A stretch of 64,000 nucleotides of DNA from a virus. The notes beneath the pieces are model-generated. The model was not told the DNA's origin, searched no databases, and was given only the letters and a program-made list of their open reading frames with translations. The stretch covers positions 1 through 64,000 of IMG/VR virus record IMGVR_UViG_3300035193_000067; one strand, given 5' to 3'. Shown here piece after piece: positions 46,448-56,290 of the stretch. The first letter of the stretch is position 1. The number at the start of each line of letters is the position of its first letter. The position numbers and the translations under genes were made by a program.

Positions 46448-46862
46448 GTTTAATAATACTAGATAGTCGAGGATAAGGGTTTGTTACAAGGTAACCAGAA
46501 CTTCTATGTACGTTAATAGCCTCAATTAAATCGTTGGGTTGATACACCTCCTTAATATACTTCTCCTTAAGACAAGGAGGTCGCTTTAACCACCATACAA
46601 AACGGTTAAAACAATTTATAGTATGCTGTGATTCTTCTTGTAAAATATCAAACAAATTATGCTCTACCTGAGCAAAAGGGTTAGCACAATAGTCATAATC
46701 ATATGAATAATAACCCTCCGTACCTCTATTATACCCACACATTGTCTGCCACAGGAACAAGGTCTTTCTCTGAAGGTAATATTTATCCTCTAAACCTGCA
46801 TTAAAGCAAATTACGCGATATCTAAGGTTATCTCTTTCATTAACGAACTGTAGCTTTTCCAT
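46437..46862 (-). CDS. Hypothetical protein (AT-rich)
   Basis: GAGG RBS, ORF. Confidence 0.6.
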   Translation of the reverse strand: MEKLQFVNERDNLRYRVICFNAGLEDKYYLQRKTLFLWQTMCGYNRGTEGYYSYDYDYCANPFAQVEHNLFDILQEESQHTINCFNRFVWWLKRPPCLKEKYIKEVYQPNDLIEAINVHRSSGYLVTNPYPRLSSIIKHER

Positions 46863-46879
46863 CTATTTACCTCTTCTGC

Positions 46880-47377
46880 TTATAAAAATTTAATAGGATC
46901 GGTATGCACGCGGACAGTACCGGCTTTACTGTTATATTCTTTCCTGTAATATTCCTGCTCTTGAGCAAAATGGTCTATGAATATTTCTCTGAAGTTGTAA
47001 CCTACTAAGTTTCTTGACCATGTGGAAAAAATAACCTTAGTATGGTTATCGAAAGACCCTCCAGACATTATAGGCACATAAATGCAGTGACCACAAGGTT
47101 CTTTCTGAGCATTAACGCCCCAGAACCACCTTGACGTACCTACACCAGGTATATCAAGATTAGGAAACTCATGGCCTTTACACAATCCTAAAAACCTCAT
47201 AGCAAGATCCTTGGCATAATGGTCAGAATGAGCGATCACAAGAATTGGATACTCCTCTATACCCTCCGGCAGGAGACTCAGCACATCAATAAGCATCCTG
47301 GTAGTATTGCCTCTTACTTCTGAATATTCAGTAACTTCTTCATGTATCATATATGTACTTCCTTTGCTATCTCCCAC
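46880..47377 (-). CDS. Hypothetical protein
   Basis: ORF, likely start MIHEE coupled to the helicase stop. Confidence 0.6.
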   Translation of the reverse strand: MGDSKGSTYMIHEEVTEYSEVRGNTTRMLIDVLSLLPEGIEEYPILVIAHSDHYAKDLAMRFLGLCKGHEFPNLDIPGVGTSRWFWGVNAQKEPCGHCIYVPIMSGGSFDNHTKVIFSTWSRNLVGYNFREIFIDHFAQEQEYYRKEYNSKAGTVRVHTDPIKFL

Positions 47378-48714
47378 AGGTAATCAACATCTCGGGAGAC
47401 CATCATCTTTGGAATGTCACAGTCCAAATAAACTTCTCGCTGTTTAATATCACCATCACGCACAAGCAACGCCTCAAGCATGATTATCTGCTCCTCTTTC
47501 TCCTGAGGAGTCTGATTAATGGCAAAAGTATAATCCACTGCCTGGGAAATATCAATAGCCTTTCCCTGGTGAGTAGAGTCAACACGCTTTTTGGTCAGCT
47601 CATTTTTGGAAATCTGACGTACTGCCTTATTCCCTTCCTGGTTTGTCTGAGTCGCTGTAAAGAATGGACACTTCCTTTTCTCAACCAGGTATTTAATGTC
47701 CCACAGAATCTGCCCCTGCTTCAGGTTTTCCTCACGTATGGATCTATCTGAACATGCAAGAATGTTCGCATAGTCAAGAGTTACCACGTCAGGTACAAAT
47801 CCTTCCTTCTCCTCAAGACGTGCCAATCTGTCTTCAATATCATAAATATTGGTTTTCTTGGAAACGCCTTTAATGATCTTCAGCCGGTTTGACCAGCTGT
47901 TCACCCAACCCATACGCTCTTTCAGCGTACCCAGCTCATCAGGAGTCAAAGCACCTGCCTTCAACCTATCGTAGTTAATCTGATTGAAATACGCATCATA
48001 TCTGTTCTGAGTCATCTCAACAGAGTTTTCGAGAATTATGTGAACAACGTTGAACCCCTGCATAAGAGCCGCAGCACTGATATCATTGAGAAATATGGAC
48101 TTGTATGATTTGAACGGTGCCAGAAAGTTGACAATTACAGCACCTTTTATCTCAAACTGGTCATCCATTTCTCTAAAACCCATTTTAACAACGGGATTCA
48201 CATCAGGGTTATCCCGCAAATACAAACGCTCTTTCTGACGCTCATCAAAACCATCCGCATAATCCACCACTTCTATTCCAGATCCCTCAAGAATAGATCT
48301 ACCACTTGCCAACTCCTTATTGATTCCATGAAACAGAAAATCAGCTCTGTTTGATTTCTCGAAGGAATCAAAGGAATCCTTGATACCTGCCTTTACTTTT
48401 GAGACTGCAACAAACTGAACAAAATCCCGTACTGCATCTTCCTTGAAAGTAAGTTCTCTTCCATACAGATTCCATATCTGATTTCTGTAGACTTCCAGTT
48501 TGTCTTCATCCTCTTTAAAAGACTCAACCAGCAACGGATCTACATACTCCCAGACAACAGGCTGCCACTTACGATCTTTTAGAATCTTCACAAGCCATTT
48601 ATAAGAATCCACATTAAAAAAACCAGGCTCTACATGAGAGAGAACATCTCTGTCAGAGAAGTCACCTTTTAAAACAGCTGCCAGGATCTCTGATTGAATA
48701 TTTACATGAAGCAA
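47347..48714 (-). CDS. DnaB/gp41-like replicative helicase
   Basis: LAPFKSYKS (atypical P-loop), LEN, LDY..I, TATQTN, D....INQ. Confidence 0.85.
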   Translation of the reverse strand: MLHVNIQSEILAAVLKGDFSDRDVLSHVEPGFFNVDSYKWLVKILKDRKWQPVVWEYVDPLLVESFKEDEDKLEVYRNQIWNLYGRELTFKEDAVRDFVQFVAVSKVKAGIKDSFDSFEKSNRADFLFHGINKELASGRSILEGSGIEVVDYADGFDERQKERLYLRDNPDVNPVVKMGFREMDDQFEIKGAVIVNFLAPFKSYKSIFLNDISAAALMQGFNVVHIILENSVEMTQNRYDAYFNQINYDRLKAGALTPDELGTLKERMGWVNSWSNRLKIIKGVSKKTNIYDIEDRLARLEEKEGFVPDVVTLDYANILACSDRSIREENLKQGQILWDIKYLVEKRKCPFFTATQTNQEGNKAVRQISKNELTKKRVDSTHQGKAIDISQAVDYTFAINQTPQEKEEQIIMLEALLVRDGDIKQREVYLDCDIPKMMVSRDVDYLWEIAKEVHI

Positions 48715-48715
48715 A

Positions 48716-49468
48716 TTAAACCTCCCACTGTGACAAGGACAGTCTCAAATCTTCAGCACCAGACACTTTAACAGCTCTGTAATACTGTCCACCCATATCC
48801 CCGGAAGGCTGTATCTCCAACAGGCTGTCAAGGACTCCTTCATACCTACCGCTCAGATCACCTGGTGAATAGTTGGAAGTAATTACCGTAGGAAGCTGAT
48901 GGTTCCTTCTATACTGCAGCATCTTCTGAAGTTCTGAAATCATCTGATCCTTCTTCCAGGCAGGAGTGGAAGGCTCGTTCCCCAGGTCATCCAAAACATA
49001 CCATACTGCATGAAAGGGTTTGTCACCTGACTCATCCCTGGAATTAACCAAAAATGAATGAGCATCTTCAAACGCATAACTTCTATGGGAACTGTACAGA
49101 GACAAGTTTGAAAAACATCCTACCACTTTACTCATAATGAAATGTGCCAGAGTTGTTTTACCTCTACCACGATCTTTAGAGTAAATGTACAGACTCAGAC
49201 CCTTTTTATCAACTTCAACGATATTGTTCAAAAAATACTTTACAAAATTCTCTCCAGACTCAATCTCAGGCCACTCATAGTTATCGTAGACAATATCCAG
49301 CGAGTTCTTGTAGAAACCACCATCAATAAGACGGTTGTACACCCTGAAGCGCTTCATGCACTCACAAGGTACAAGTCTGTCAATGAACCCGTCCGAGCAC
49401 TTAGTGCAGGCTCCTACAATTTCATCCTTTAAGCTCATTAGAGAGACTCCAGGTACAGCTTTGACCAA
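48716..49468 (-). CDS. DnaC/IstB-like helicase loader
   Basis: C.KC...C.C, GRGKTTLA, LDDLG.E, R.....PT.ITSN. Confidence 0.85.
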   Translation of the reverse strand: MVKAVPGVSLMSLKDEIVGACTKCSDGFIDRLVPCECMKRFRVYNRLIDGGFYKNSLDIVYDNYEWPEIESGENFVKYFLNNIVEVDKKGLSLYIYSKDRGRGKTTLAHFIMSKVVGCFSNLSLYSSHRSYAFEDAHSFLVNSRDESGDKPFHAVWYVLDDLGNEPSTPAWKKDQMISELQKMLQYRRNHQLPTVITSNYSPGDLSGRYEGVLDSLLEIQPSGDMGGQYYRAVKVSGAEDLRLSLSQWEV

Positions 49469-50106
49469 TCTGTTAAGGAATCAGGAGATTTCAAAAGATC
49501 CTCCCGACAGAACCACTCAAGAGTTTTGCTGTCTGAAGAAAAATCAATGCGTCTCTTAATGTCTTCACTTACTTTTATCAAGTAGACGATGCCTAAATGA
49601 TTGGATGCATCAAAAGAACCATCTGCAGCAAAATCCGAATAAATAAAACAAGTAGGGTGTCTAAAATTTGCCTTCATCATTAAATCATCAAAAGGTACAC
49701 TATCCTTTATTGAAAACTCATTAGAGAACCTGCGGTAAACTGCATTGGTTATATAGGAGTACATGTCACGATTTCCAGGCATCTTATCAAGATCTGTTAC
49801 ATGGCAGGAGATGCCTATGGAAATTTTCCCGTAATTACGACTGGTAGACTTTTCAACCGAATGAATTGCATACAAGTCTCCATAATTCAGTACCAAGTAA
49901 GGAACAAACTGCTTGAACTCTAACTCCTTTTCTGCAAAAGTTCTGTCCATGAAATATGCATGCGTAGTTATATACTTAAAGTAATTAATGTCCCTGGAGC
50001 AACCTGTAAAATATATATTCTCAGTTCTTTCCATGTCGAAGAAACCTGTCATAAACTTACCATCAAAACCAAGCACCAAATCCAAATTTTTCATTTCTTT
50101 CTCCAT
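49438..50106 (-). CDS. Degenerate NUDIX-fold protein
   Basis: R..AE....FKQ.VPY, SIG...HV, HLG.VY, L..WS; Nudix box weak. Confidence 0.6.
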   Translation of the reverse strand: MEKEMKNLDLVLGFDGKFMTGFFDMERTENIYFTGCSRDINYFKYITTHAYFMDRTFAEKELEFKQFVPYLVLNYGDLYAIHSVEKSTSRNYGKISIGISCHVTDLDKMPGNRDMYSYITNAVYRRFSNEFSIKDSVPFDDLMMKANFRHPTCFIYSDFAADGSFDASNHLGIVYLIKVSEDIKRRIDFSSDSKTLEWFCREDLLKSPDSLTDWSKLYLESL

Positions 50107-51131
50107 GTAACAGGTTTTCCTCTCTCGTTTATACTGGATCCGTCTTCAGCCCAGTATTTATCTTCAGGACCATATTTTGAATACTCTTCCCAGGTTGGCA
50201 TTTTAGCCAACAGACGTGGATCATCCCATGAGCCTTTAAATTCTTCAAAGTTTTCAGGAGTGCAGTTTATTACCATATAAGCGTTATTCATATAATGTCT
50301 CTTACCCCTCCTTTGCGAACCATCAGGGTAATAGTAATAACCATCCTTTGTTATTTTGACAATATCCTCAATCTTATCTCTGTCACCTGATGCAGGTCTC
50401 CAGCCTTTTGGGACAGTTCCATCAGGAAATTCACAAGACAAAGACACCCCTAAAAACTGTCGAACACCTCTCCATGCATCATTGGCTTCCAGCTTCAACT
50501 TTTTCATATCAGGTTCAAGCGAATTGTTATTAGCAAGTACTGAAAATGCTATATTATCCTTAAATGCTTTGATACATTTTTCGTATTTAGCAACGATCCA
50601 CAATTTAGGGTCAACCCGATCCTCCTTCAGATCAGAAATCCTGTCAACAAGCGTGTAATATGTCTGAAGATACTTTGCTCCTCTTTCAGAGTTACTTCCC
50701 AGGAAGACATCAACATCCTTCAGCAGGTTATTGAACGTAAAAAACACTGATTTATGATCACCTGGTGGAAGGTTCCCTTGATACTCCAATAGATGGTAAA
50801 TTAATCCAGCAACTTCAACAAAGCTCTCAGAGCTCCCACAATACTCCCTGAGCCCTTTTAACTGTTCCATAAGGTCTACTCTTCCGTAAAGCCTCATAGG
50901 GCTGCGAAAGTGCTCGGAACGTGCCAGAGTGCATGCCAGTATACAGTAGGAAGGTAGATCAAGATCATGATCAGACAGATACTGATAGAACTCTCCTATA
51001 TGCTTTTTGTACTGGGTTTGGTTAAAGTGGTATTCAGCCTTGTCATGCCACCCAGAACCTTTTGCAGATCCCCGCAGCAATGTGTACATTGTCCTTGATA
51101 TTCCTGTCATTATTTGTTGATAACTGTCCAC
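50091..51131 (-). CDS. Hypothetical protein in the replication block
   Basis: Long ORF with GGAGG RBS. Confidence 0.75.
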   Translation of the reverse strand: MDSYQQIMTGISRTMYTLLRGSAKGSGWHDKAEYHFNQTQYKKHIGEFYQYLSDHDLDLPSYCILACTLARSEHFRSPMRLYGRVDLMEQLKGLREYCGSSESFVEVAGLIYHLLEYQGNLPPGDHKSVFFTFNNLLKDVDVFLGSNSERGAKYLQTYYTLVDRISDLKEDRVDPKLWIVAKYEKCIKAFKDNIAFSVLANNNSLEPDMKKLKLEANDAWRGVRQFLGVSLSCEFPDGTVPKGWRPASGDRDKIEDIVKITKDGYYYYPDGSQRRGKRHYMNNAYMVINCTPENFEEFKGSWDDPRLLAKMPTWEEYSKYGPEDKYWAEDGSSINERGKPVTWRKK

Positions 51132-51139
51132 AGATCCTC

Positions 51140-52939
51140 CTACAGAAATTTAGAAATTGATTTTTTGGATATTGAAGGCGTTACTGTTTCAGACATCGAA
51201 TCCTTCTCCCTCATTCTCTCAGCAATGTACTCATCCACAGTACCTTTAGCCTGCAGCTGAATAATGGTACAAGGTTGTGCTCGCATCTTGTCCAACCAGG
51301 TCAACTCTCCCTCTGTTTTCACTCTTCTGTGAATCCTGTCAATAGACTGGTTCTTCTCTGTTGAAGACCTGATATAGTCTATAAAAACGCTTGTACGAGC
51401 TCTTGCCAGAAAATCCACACCTGTACCTGCTTTCTTAGGAAGTGCTGCCGCAATCCTAATCTCATTACCGTATACAAACTTTTTCTCAAGATCCTCATCG
51501 ATGTCAACTCCACCGTACAGCTTCATTACACCATACTGATCATTCCACAGCTCATGAATCAGATCTACCGCAGCTCTGTATTCTGTCCACAGTATTATCT
51601 TCTGATCAGGATCTGAAAGGACCTCCTCCAGGATCTCAGACAAGGCTTCATATTTGGCGGACTTCGTAGCTTCACCGATTAACCTTGGATGGTTAAGCAG
51701 CTGTATCAACCTGATCCCTGCATTATTGACAGAAAAAAACGTATCCAGATCTTCCCGATCTGTCAAGGAGCTTTTAACGCCATCAGACAGATCCTTGTAC
51801 AAGGTTTTCTGCCTTCCTGAGAGTATTACAGTTCTTGTCTGCATTGTCTTGTCAGGGAAACCTTTCAGATCTGCTTTGGTTCTCCGGATAGAGCAGGACT
51901 CCAACCTCTCTCTGAGAATATCAAGATTTTTGTAGCCAACCACTTTAGGTATACTGATCTTGTAGGTCTTGCCTGTCTTAGGATCCATACGAGGTACCTG
52001 TATTTCCTTAATAATATTAAAATACTTCTCGTACTTTACCTGTGTCGGAAGGTTACCGTTACCCATAATCTGAAGAGCAAAGTATGCATTCAATGGATTC
52101 TCAGACACAAGAGTACCTGTCATAGGATGCACCCTGGGAGGTTTACCTTCCAAAGTCTTTATGCGCCTGAGCATGCTTGACAGAACTTTCGATCTCTTTG
52201 CATCAGTATTTTTATACCAATGGAACTCGTCTATCAGTACTGTCTCAAAAGGAATCCTGCAAATAATACCGGTAAGTTCACTCTCAAGTTCTTTTTTATA
52301 CCCTATGATATTTTCAGGATGAACAAGCAGCACATTCCAGTCACCTTTTAAGTTCTTCTTGAGAGCTTTAGCAGCTGCCTTGCGCCCTGAAGGTACTACG
52401 TAAGGTTTCAAATAGGTATGCTCTAGTACTTCCTTCTCAAAACCCAGAAGTACCGGCAGAGGGGCTACTACAAGCGTCCTGGATGACTCTGAGGATACTA
52501 TAGCAGATACTGCCAGGGCTTGTAGAGTCTTACCAATACCCATTGAATCCATAAGCATGCTTCTAGGATTTTTGTACAGGAAAGCAATACCTGATAGCTG
52601 ATCCTCATAAGGTACGGTTTTTAGCTTACCGTCAAGCAGTTCCAGAACCTTACCGTTGTACTCTCCATGCTTTAATCTCTGGTTGAAAGCTTCCATCTTG
52701 GAATAATGCTTCAGCAATGCAAATGCCTCAGAGGAAGCTGTACGACCTTCAACCAGACCAGCTTCATCAAGTTTTCGTTTCAGTACTTTAAAATCCGCAT
52801 AATCCACTACCCACTCACCTGTTACATTCTCATACGTCGATAACAGTGATCGTATAATCATGTAACAGGTCCTGTAATTAGGATCAGCAGGATCAATTTT
52901 TACAAGAAAAAATTTCCCGTCAGTTCTGGTTTGCAGCAC
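51140..52939 (-). CDS. SNF2-family helicase
   Basis: DSMGIGKT, IDEFH, MTGT...N, RR.K, K..AL..IL, G.G.D, Q..DRIHR. Confidence 0.9.
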   Translation of the reverse strand: MLQTRTDGKFFLVKIDPADPNYRTCYMIIRSLLSTYENVTGEWVVDYADFKVLKRKLDEAGLVEGRTASSEAFALLKHYSKMEAFNQRLKHGEYNGKVLELLDGKLKTVPYEDQLSGIAFLYKNPRSMLMDSMGIGKTLQALAVSAIVSSESSRTLVVAPLPVLLGFEKEVLEHTYLKPYVVPSGRKAAAKALKKNLKGDWNVLLVHPENIIGYKKELESELTGIICRIPFETVLIDEFHWYKNTDAKRSKVLSSMLRRIKTLEGKPPRVHPMTGTLVSENPLNAYFALQIMGNGNLPTQVKYEKYFNIIKEIQVPRMDPKTGKTYKISIPKVVGYKNLDILRERLESCSIRRTKADLKGFPDKTMQTRTVILSGRQKTLYKDLSDGVKSSLTDREDLDTFFSVNNAGIRLIQLLNHPRLIGEATKSAKYEALSEILEEVLSDPDQKIILWTEYRAAVDLIHELWNDQYGVMKLYGGVDIDEDLEKKFVYGNEIRIAAALPKKAGTGVDFLARARTSVFIDYIRSSTEKNQSIDRIHRRVKTEGELTWLDKMRAQPCTIIQLQAKGTVDEYIAERMREKDSMSETVTPSISKKSISKFL

Positions 52940-53361
52940 TAGAACCCCTCATTTAAAAAATCTTCAATTTCCTGTTCGCGCTCATCTGCTGCACTGAAGG
53001 AATACACCTCCTGCAACCTACCTTTAAGAAGAGGATAACCCCGTTTACCCACTTTCGGGTTAGAGATCTCCTCTACATCCACTGAAGAGTTGACATAATA
53101 TACATTCTCAAACGTCAAGTCTTCATCTTTCCCCGCATCAGTAATGAACGTTTTAACAACTAGTTTAATCTGATCCCCGTCTTCCAAATCAAACTTTGAC
53201 ATATACCAACGAAGACCTCTCTGCTGAGCTTCTGCAAAAGATGTTATGAATTTCCCTTCACCGGAGTCCCAGGAAACCGGTTCATCATTTACAAAAGCTT
53301 CCACAATCTGAGTCCGTTTTCTCGACCTTTCGCTTCCTATTTGTACGATAATTTTAGTCAT
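52939..53361 (-). CDS. Hypothetical protein
   Basis: Coupled ORF. Confidence 0.7.
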   Translation of the reverse strand: MTKIIVQIGSERSRKRTQIVEAFVNDEPVSWDSGEGKFITSFAEAQQRGLRWYMSKFDLEDGDQIKLVVKTFITDAGKDEDLTFENVYYVNSSVDVEEISNPKVGKRGYPLLKGRLQEVYSFSAADEREQEIEDFLNEGF

Positions 53362-53367
53362 TGCAAA

Positions 53368-54018
53368 CTACCGTTCATGAATTCTGTCAGAGAACAAAAA
53401 CTTATGATCCTCAGGCAGCATGTCTACCATTTCATAAGCAATATCGCGAATCTCCCACAGGGCTCTGTTTGAAGTCCGTAGGCAAAACCAGTTCCGGAGA
53501 CTTCTGGCATTTACTGTCCATTGCACCTGCGTTTTAAAAGCTTCGGGCAGTGCATATTTAATAATATCATTAGGTTTACGATCCCACTTTTCAGCATTCG
53601 ACCATTTGGCTATTTGCCAAATCTGAGACCTTACTGATTCATCTATCTCAGCATCTCCGGTATGAGTAAAGAAAGCATCCAGTTTGTCGGGAGAAGCGTT
53701 TTTAAGTACTCGCTTTAATGCCCACCTGGTACTCTCCACACTAGGAGACGCTATACGATGTTTTGCCAGCTGCTGAAGTACTGCACGTGAAAAATCCATA
53801 CCAAATGTGTAAACAGCATGTTCAAGCACTGATTCATGAGGAGGATTGAGAGGATCGAAGTCTTTACCTCTCTGCAGAATTCTTTCCTCAATTACTTTTC
53901 GATCCTTCAGACCTAAGTAATCGACTGTAGAATCCATTTTACTCAAAGTACCAGTACAGAGCCGTACAGCTCTGGCAACCAAATAAACAGGACTGTTATA
54001 AATTAATTCAACACTCAT
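53368..54018 (-). CDS. thyX: Flavin-dependent thymidylate synthase
   Basis: HESVLEH, SRAV..QL.KHRIAS.SVESTR, LP, N.RSL.N...LR...A.WEIR. Confidence 0.93.
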   Translation of the reverse strand: MSVELIYNSPVYLVARAVRLCTGTLSKMDSTVDYLGLKDRKVIEERILQRGKDFDPLNPPHESVLEHAVYTFGMDFSRAVLQQLAKHRIASPSVESTRWALKRVLKNASPDKLDAFFTHTGDAEIDESVRSQIWQIAKWSNAEKWDRKPNDIIKYALPEAFKTQVQWTVNARSLRNWFCLRTSNRALWEIRDIAYEMVDMLPEDHKFLFSDRIHER

Positions 54019-54812
54019 TTTACCCTCTCAAACAATTCATTCAAGTCTACCTGCCAAACCCACTTACCTGTCAAAGCTCTGACAAAATAATTAATAGCCT
54101 TCTTCAGCTCCTTCTCCCAATCGTTGTCTTTTTTAAGACCAAGTCTGATTAAGTGTTTAATACCCATGCAGACGAGATACCGAGACTTTACAGGAACATC
54201 CACATTGTTCTCCATTATCTGCTCAGCAATATCAGTGGCCTGAATATTCATTTTCCTGTAATGATTGTCAGATACCTGGGTAGGAGATTCAAGCTCGTAT
54301 GGAAGTACTTCTACTACGCTTTCTTTAATGACACCATCCTCCTTTTTCTCAGAAATTGGATTTCCCCCACAAACGTCACAGATTAACTCATCTCTACATG
54401 AAGTATCATGAGTGTTTGCATGATCTGTCGAAGAAGGCTCTGATGTATCTATATGAAAAGTAGTACTACCGTCCCAAGGATAGCTTACCGACAAACTTTC
54501 CAAAACACCATCCTTATGGGAAAATTTAATGGAATGTAATTCTTTAAGTTGTTTTCCAGATAACCACTTGCGCACTAGCGAAGCAACCCTCCCTACTAAA
54601 AAAACATACTCAGGGTGGATAAAATATTCAACTACAGAACACCGTCTCAAACCTCTCCTCCAATAAACAAGCCCTTTTTGCGCTAAAGATTTCACCTCAT
54701 CAAACCTTTGATCCTCTGACTTAAAACTTCCGTAAGTTCCCTCAAAAGCTCTATTAAGTATGAAAAACTCATCACCCGTTAATGTTACATCTTTTACCAA
54801 ATCTTCACTCAT
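54015..54812 (-). CDS. Protein with C-terminal DUF3310-like domain
   Basis: HY....IQ..DI...IK...R.G.K......L.KA..Y. Confidence 0.6.
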   Translation of the reverse strand: MSEDLVKDVTLTGDEFFILNRAFEGTYGSFKSEDQRFDEVKSLAQKGLVYWRRGLRRCSVVEYFIHPEYVFLVGRVASLVRKWLSGKQLKELHSIKFSHKDGVLESLSVSYPWDGSTTFHIDTSEPSSTDHANTHDTSCRDELICDVCGGNPISEKKEDGVIKESVVEVLPYELESPTQVSDNHYRKMNIQATDIAEQIMENNVDVPVKSRYLVCMGIKHLIRLGLKKDNDWEKELKKAINYFVRALTGKWVWQVDLNELFERVK

Positions 54813-56290
54813 TGCTGCTCCCTTTTCTTTCTAAAAAATTCCATAACCTTCTGCACACCAAACATCCAATCAACCCTTCGCTGATCACTCCTCAATGCCA
54901 GATCAGGATCTATAAGCACTGAAACAATACTGTCAACCTTTCCAAAGATTCCTTCAGGCCTGTCAAGGATCTCACCGGAGTGCTTTGAAGGCCTTCCTTT
55001 CAAAGGAGTGAGCACTGACATAGCTTCCAACCCCAGAGCAAAAATCATCTTAGGTTTAATGCTGTGGATTTCCGTCATCAAAAAATCTGAACAGCACTTC
55101 ATTCTTCCGTAAGTCAAAGGTAGCTTTCCAGGGCATTTACTGACATACGTCCACCAAACCCTCTCAGGAGCTATCTCAAGCCCGTCAAGAACTTTCTGCA
55201 CCATAGACCTGTCTGAGGAAGATGAGCGTGTTACAACCATAAAATCAGCGCCTACACGACCTTCAGGAAGAACAGGTTTAACACCTGTCATGCACCGTTG
55301 GCAGGAAGCAATACATCTGTCAAGGTCCTTCAAAAGGAGATCTATGTAAACCCTAAAAGGATTCAACCAGGTTTTGGAGAACTCCTGCAGTTCTGCATCA
55401 AGACCACTAAAACCATCTCGGGGACAATTGCCCATTGAGATTCCAAGAAGGTCCGCTTCTGTACGAGCTCTGATTAAATCCTTCGATAGAACCCTGGTAC
55501 ATTGATCTTTCAAGGAATCCAATTCTTCATCGTTGAGGTAATAAGAGAAATTATACAGATTTGGTAATTTTACCAATTGATAGGAGAGCTCCATATCCTC
55601 CGACAGGTTGAGAATCTTTTCAGTTGTCTTTCTCTTCTTCAGTTCCTTGGCATTCTCTGCTGACATAAGACCCTCCAGACCACCAAAATCCTGAAGAAGT
55701 TTACCTGCTGTTTTCTCCCCGATCCCTTTGACGCCTTTAATGTTGTCTGACGGATCTCCCACAAGGGCTTTGATGCTTCCAATCTCCTCAGGTCCTGCTG
55801 AAAAGTATTCATGGACCCCATTCAGATCTGTATAAGATCTCCCCATTGGATCGTAAAGAGATACCGATCCTGTTACCAGCTGCCACAGATCGTGATCCTT
55901 TGATGCGATAATAACCTGATCATAATTCAAACATTTGGAAAAGTACTCTGAAAGTACTGCTATTACGTCATCCGCCTCCACACCATTTACGCAGAGATTG
56001 CGTAAACCAAAGTACTCCAGATACTTCCTGGCATCGTTTTTCTGCCTCTTAAGCTCTGCCATATCAAAGTTTTTCTTGGTCTCCTCCCTGTGCTCCTTGT
56101 ACTGCGTATAATGATCAGATCTCCAACGAGATTTACCCTCATCCCAAAATACGATAAACTCAAAGTCAGAAAAAGTACCTACTATATTGAAAAAATACTT
56201 CAGGATGTTCTCAGTAACCGTAGAAACCCCTTTGGAATATGCAGCTCTCCACATTAAAGGGTTGCCATCAACCAACACTATTCGCTTCAT
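54809..56290 (-). CDS. 5'-3' exonuclease (FEN/PolI-N) fused to a family-4 UDG-like domain
   Basis: LVDG, WD...R...Y..YK..R, EADD, S.D.D..QL, GD.SDNI.GV.GIG.KTA; C-terminal C..C, KC, C..FL..EI..IKPK.I..LG..A. Confidence 0.88.
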   Translation of the reverse strand: MKRIVLVDGNPLMWRAAYSKGVSTVTENILKYFFNIVGTFSDFEFIVFWDEGKSRWRSDHYTQYKEHREETKKNFDMAELKRQKNDARKYLEYFGLRNLCVNGVEADDVIAVLSEYFSKCLNYDQVIIASKDHDLWQLVTGSVSLYDPMGRSYTDLNGVHEYFSAGPEEIGSIKALVGDPSDNIKGVKGIGEKTAGKLLQDFGGLEGLMSAENAKELKKRKTTEKILNLSEDMELSYQLVKLPNLYNFSYYLNDEELDSLKDQCTRVLSKDLIRARTEADLLGISMGNCPRDGFSGLDAELQEFSKTWLNPFRVYIDLLLKDLDRCIASCQRCMTGVKPVLPEGRVGADFMVVTRSSSSDRSMVQKVLDGLEIAPERVWWTYVSKCPGKLPLTYGRMKCCSDFLMTEIHSIKPKMIFALGLEAMSVLTPLKGRPSKHSGEILDRPEGIFGKVDSIVSVLIDPDLALRSDQRRVDWMFGVQKVMEFFRKKREQQ

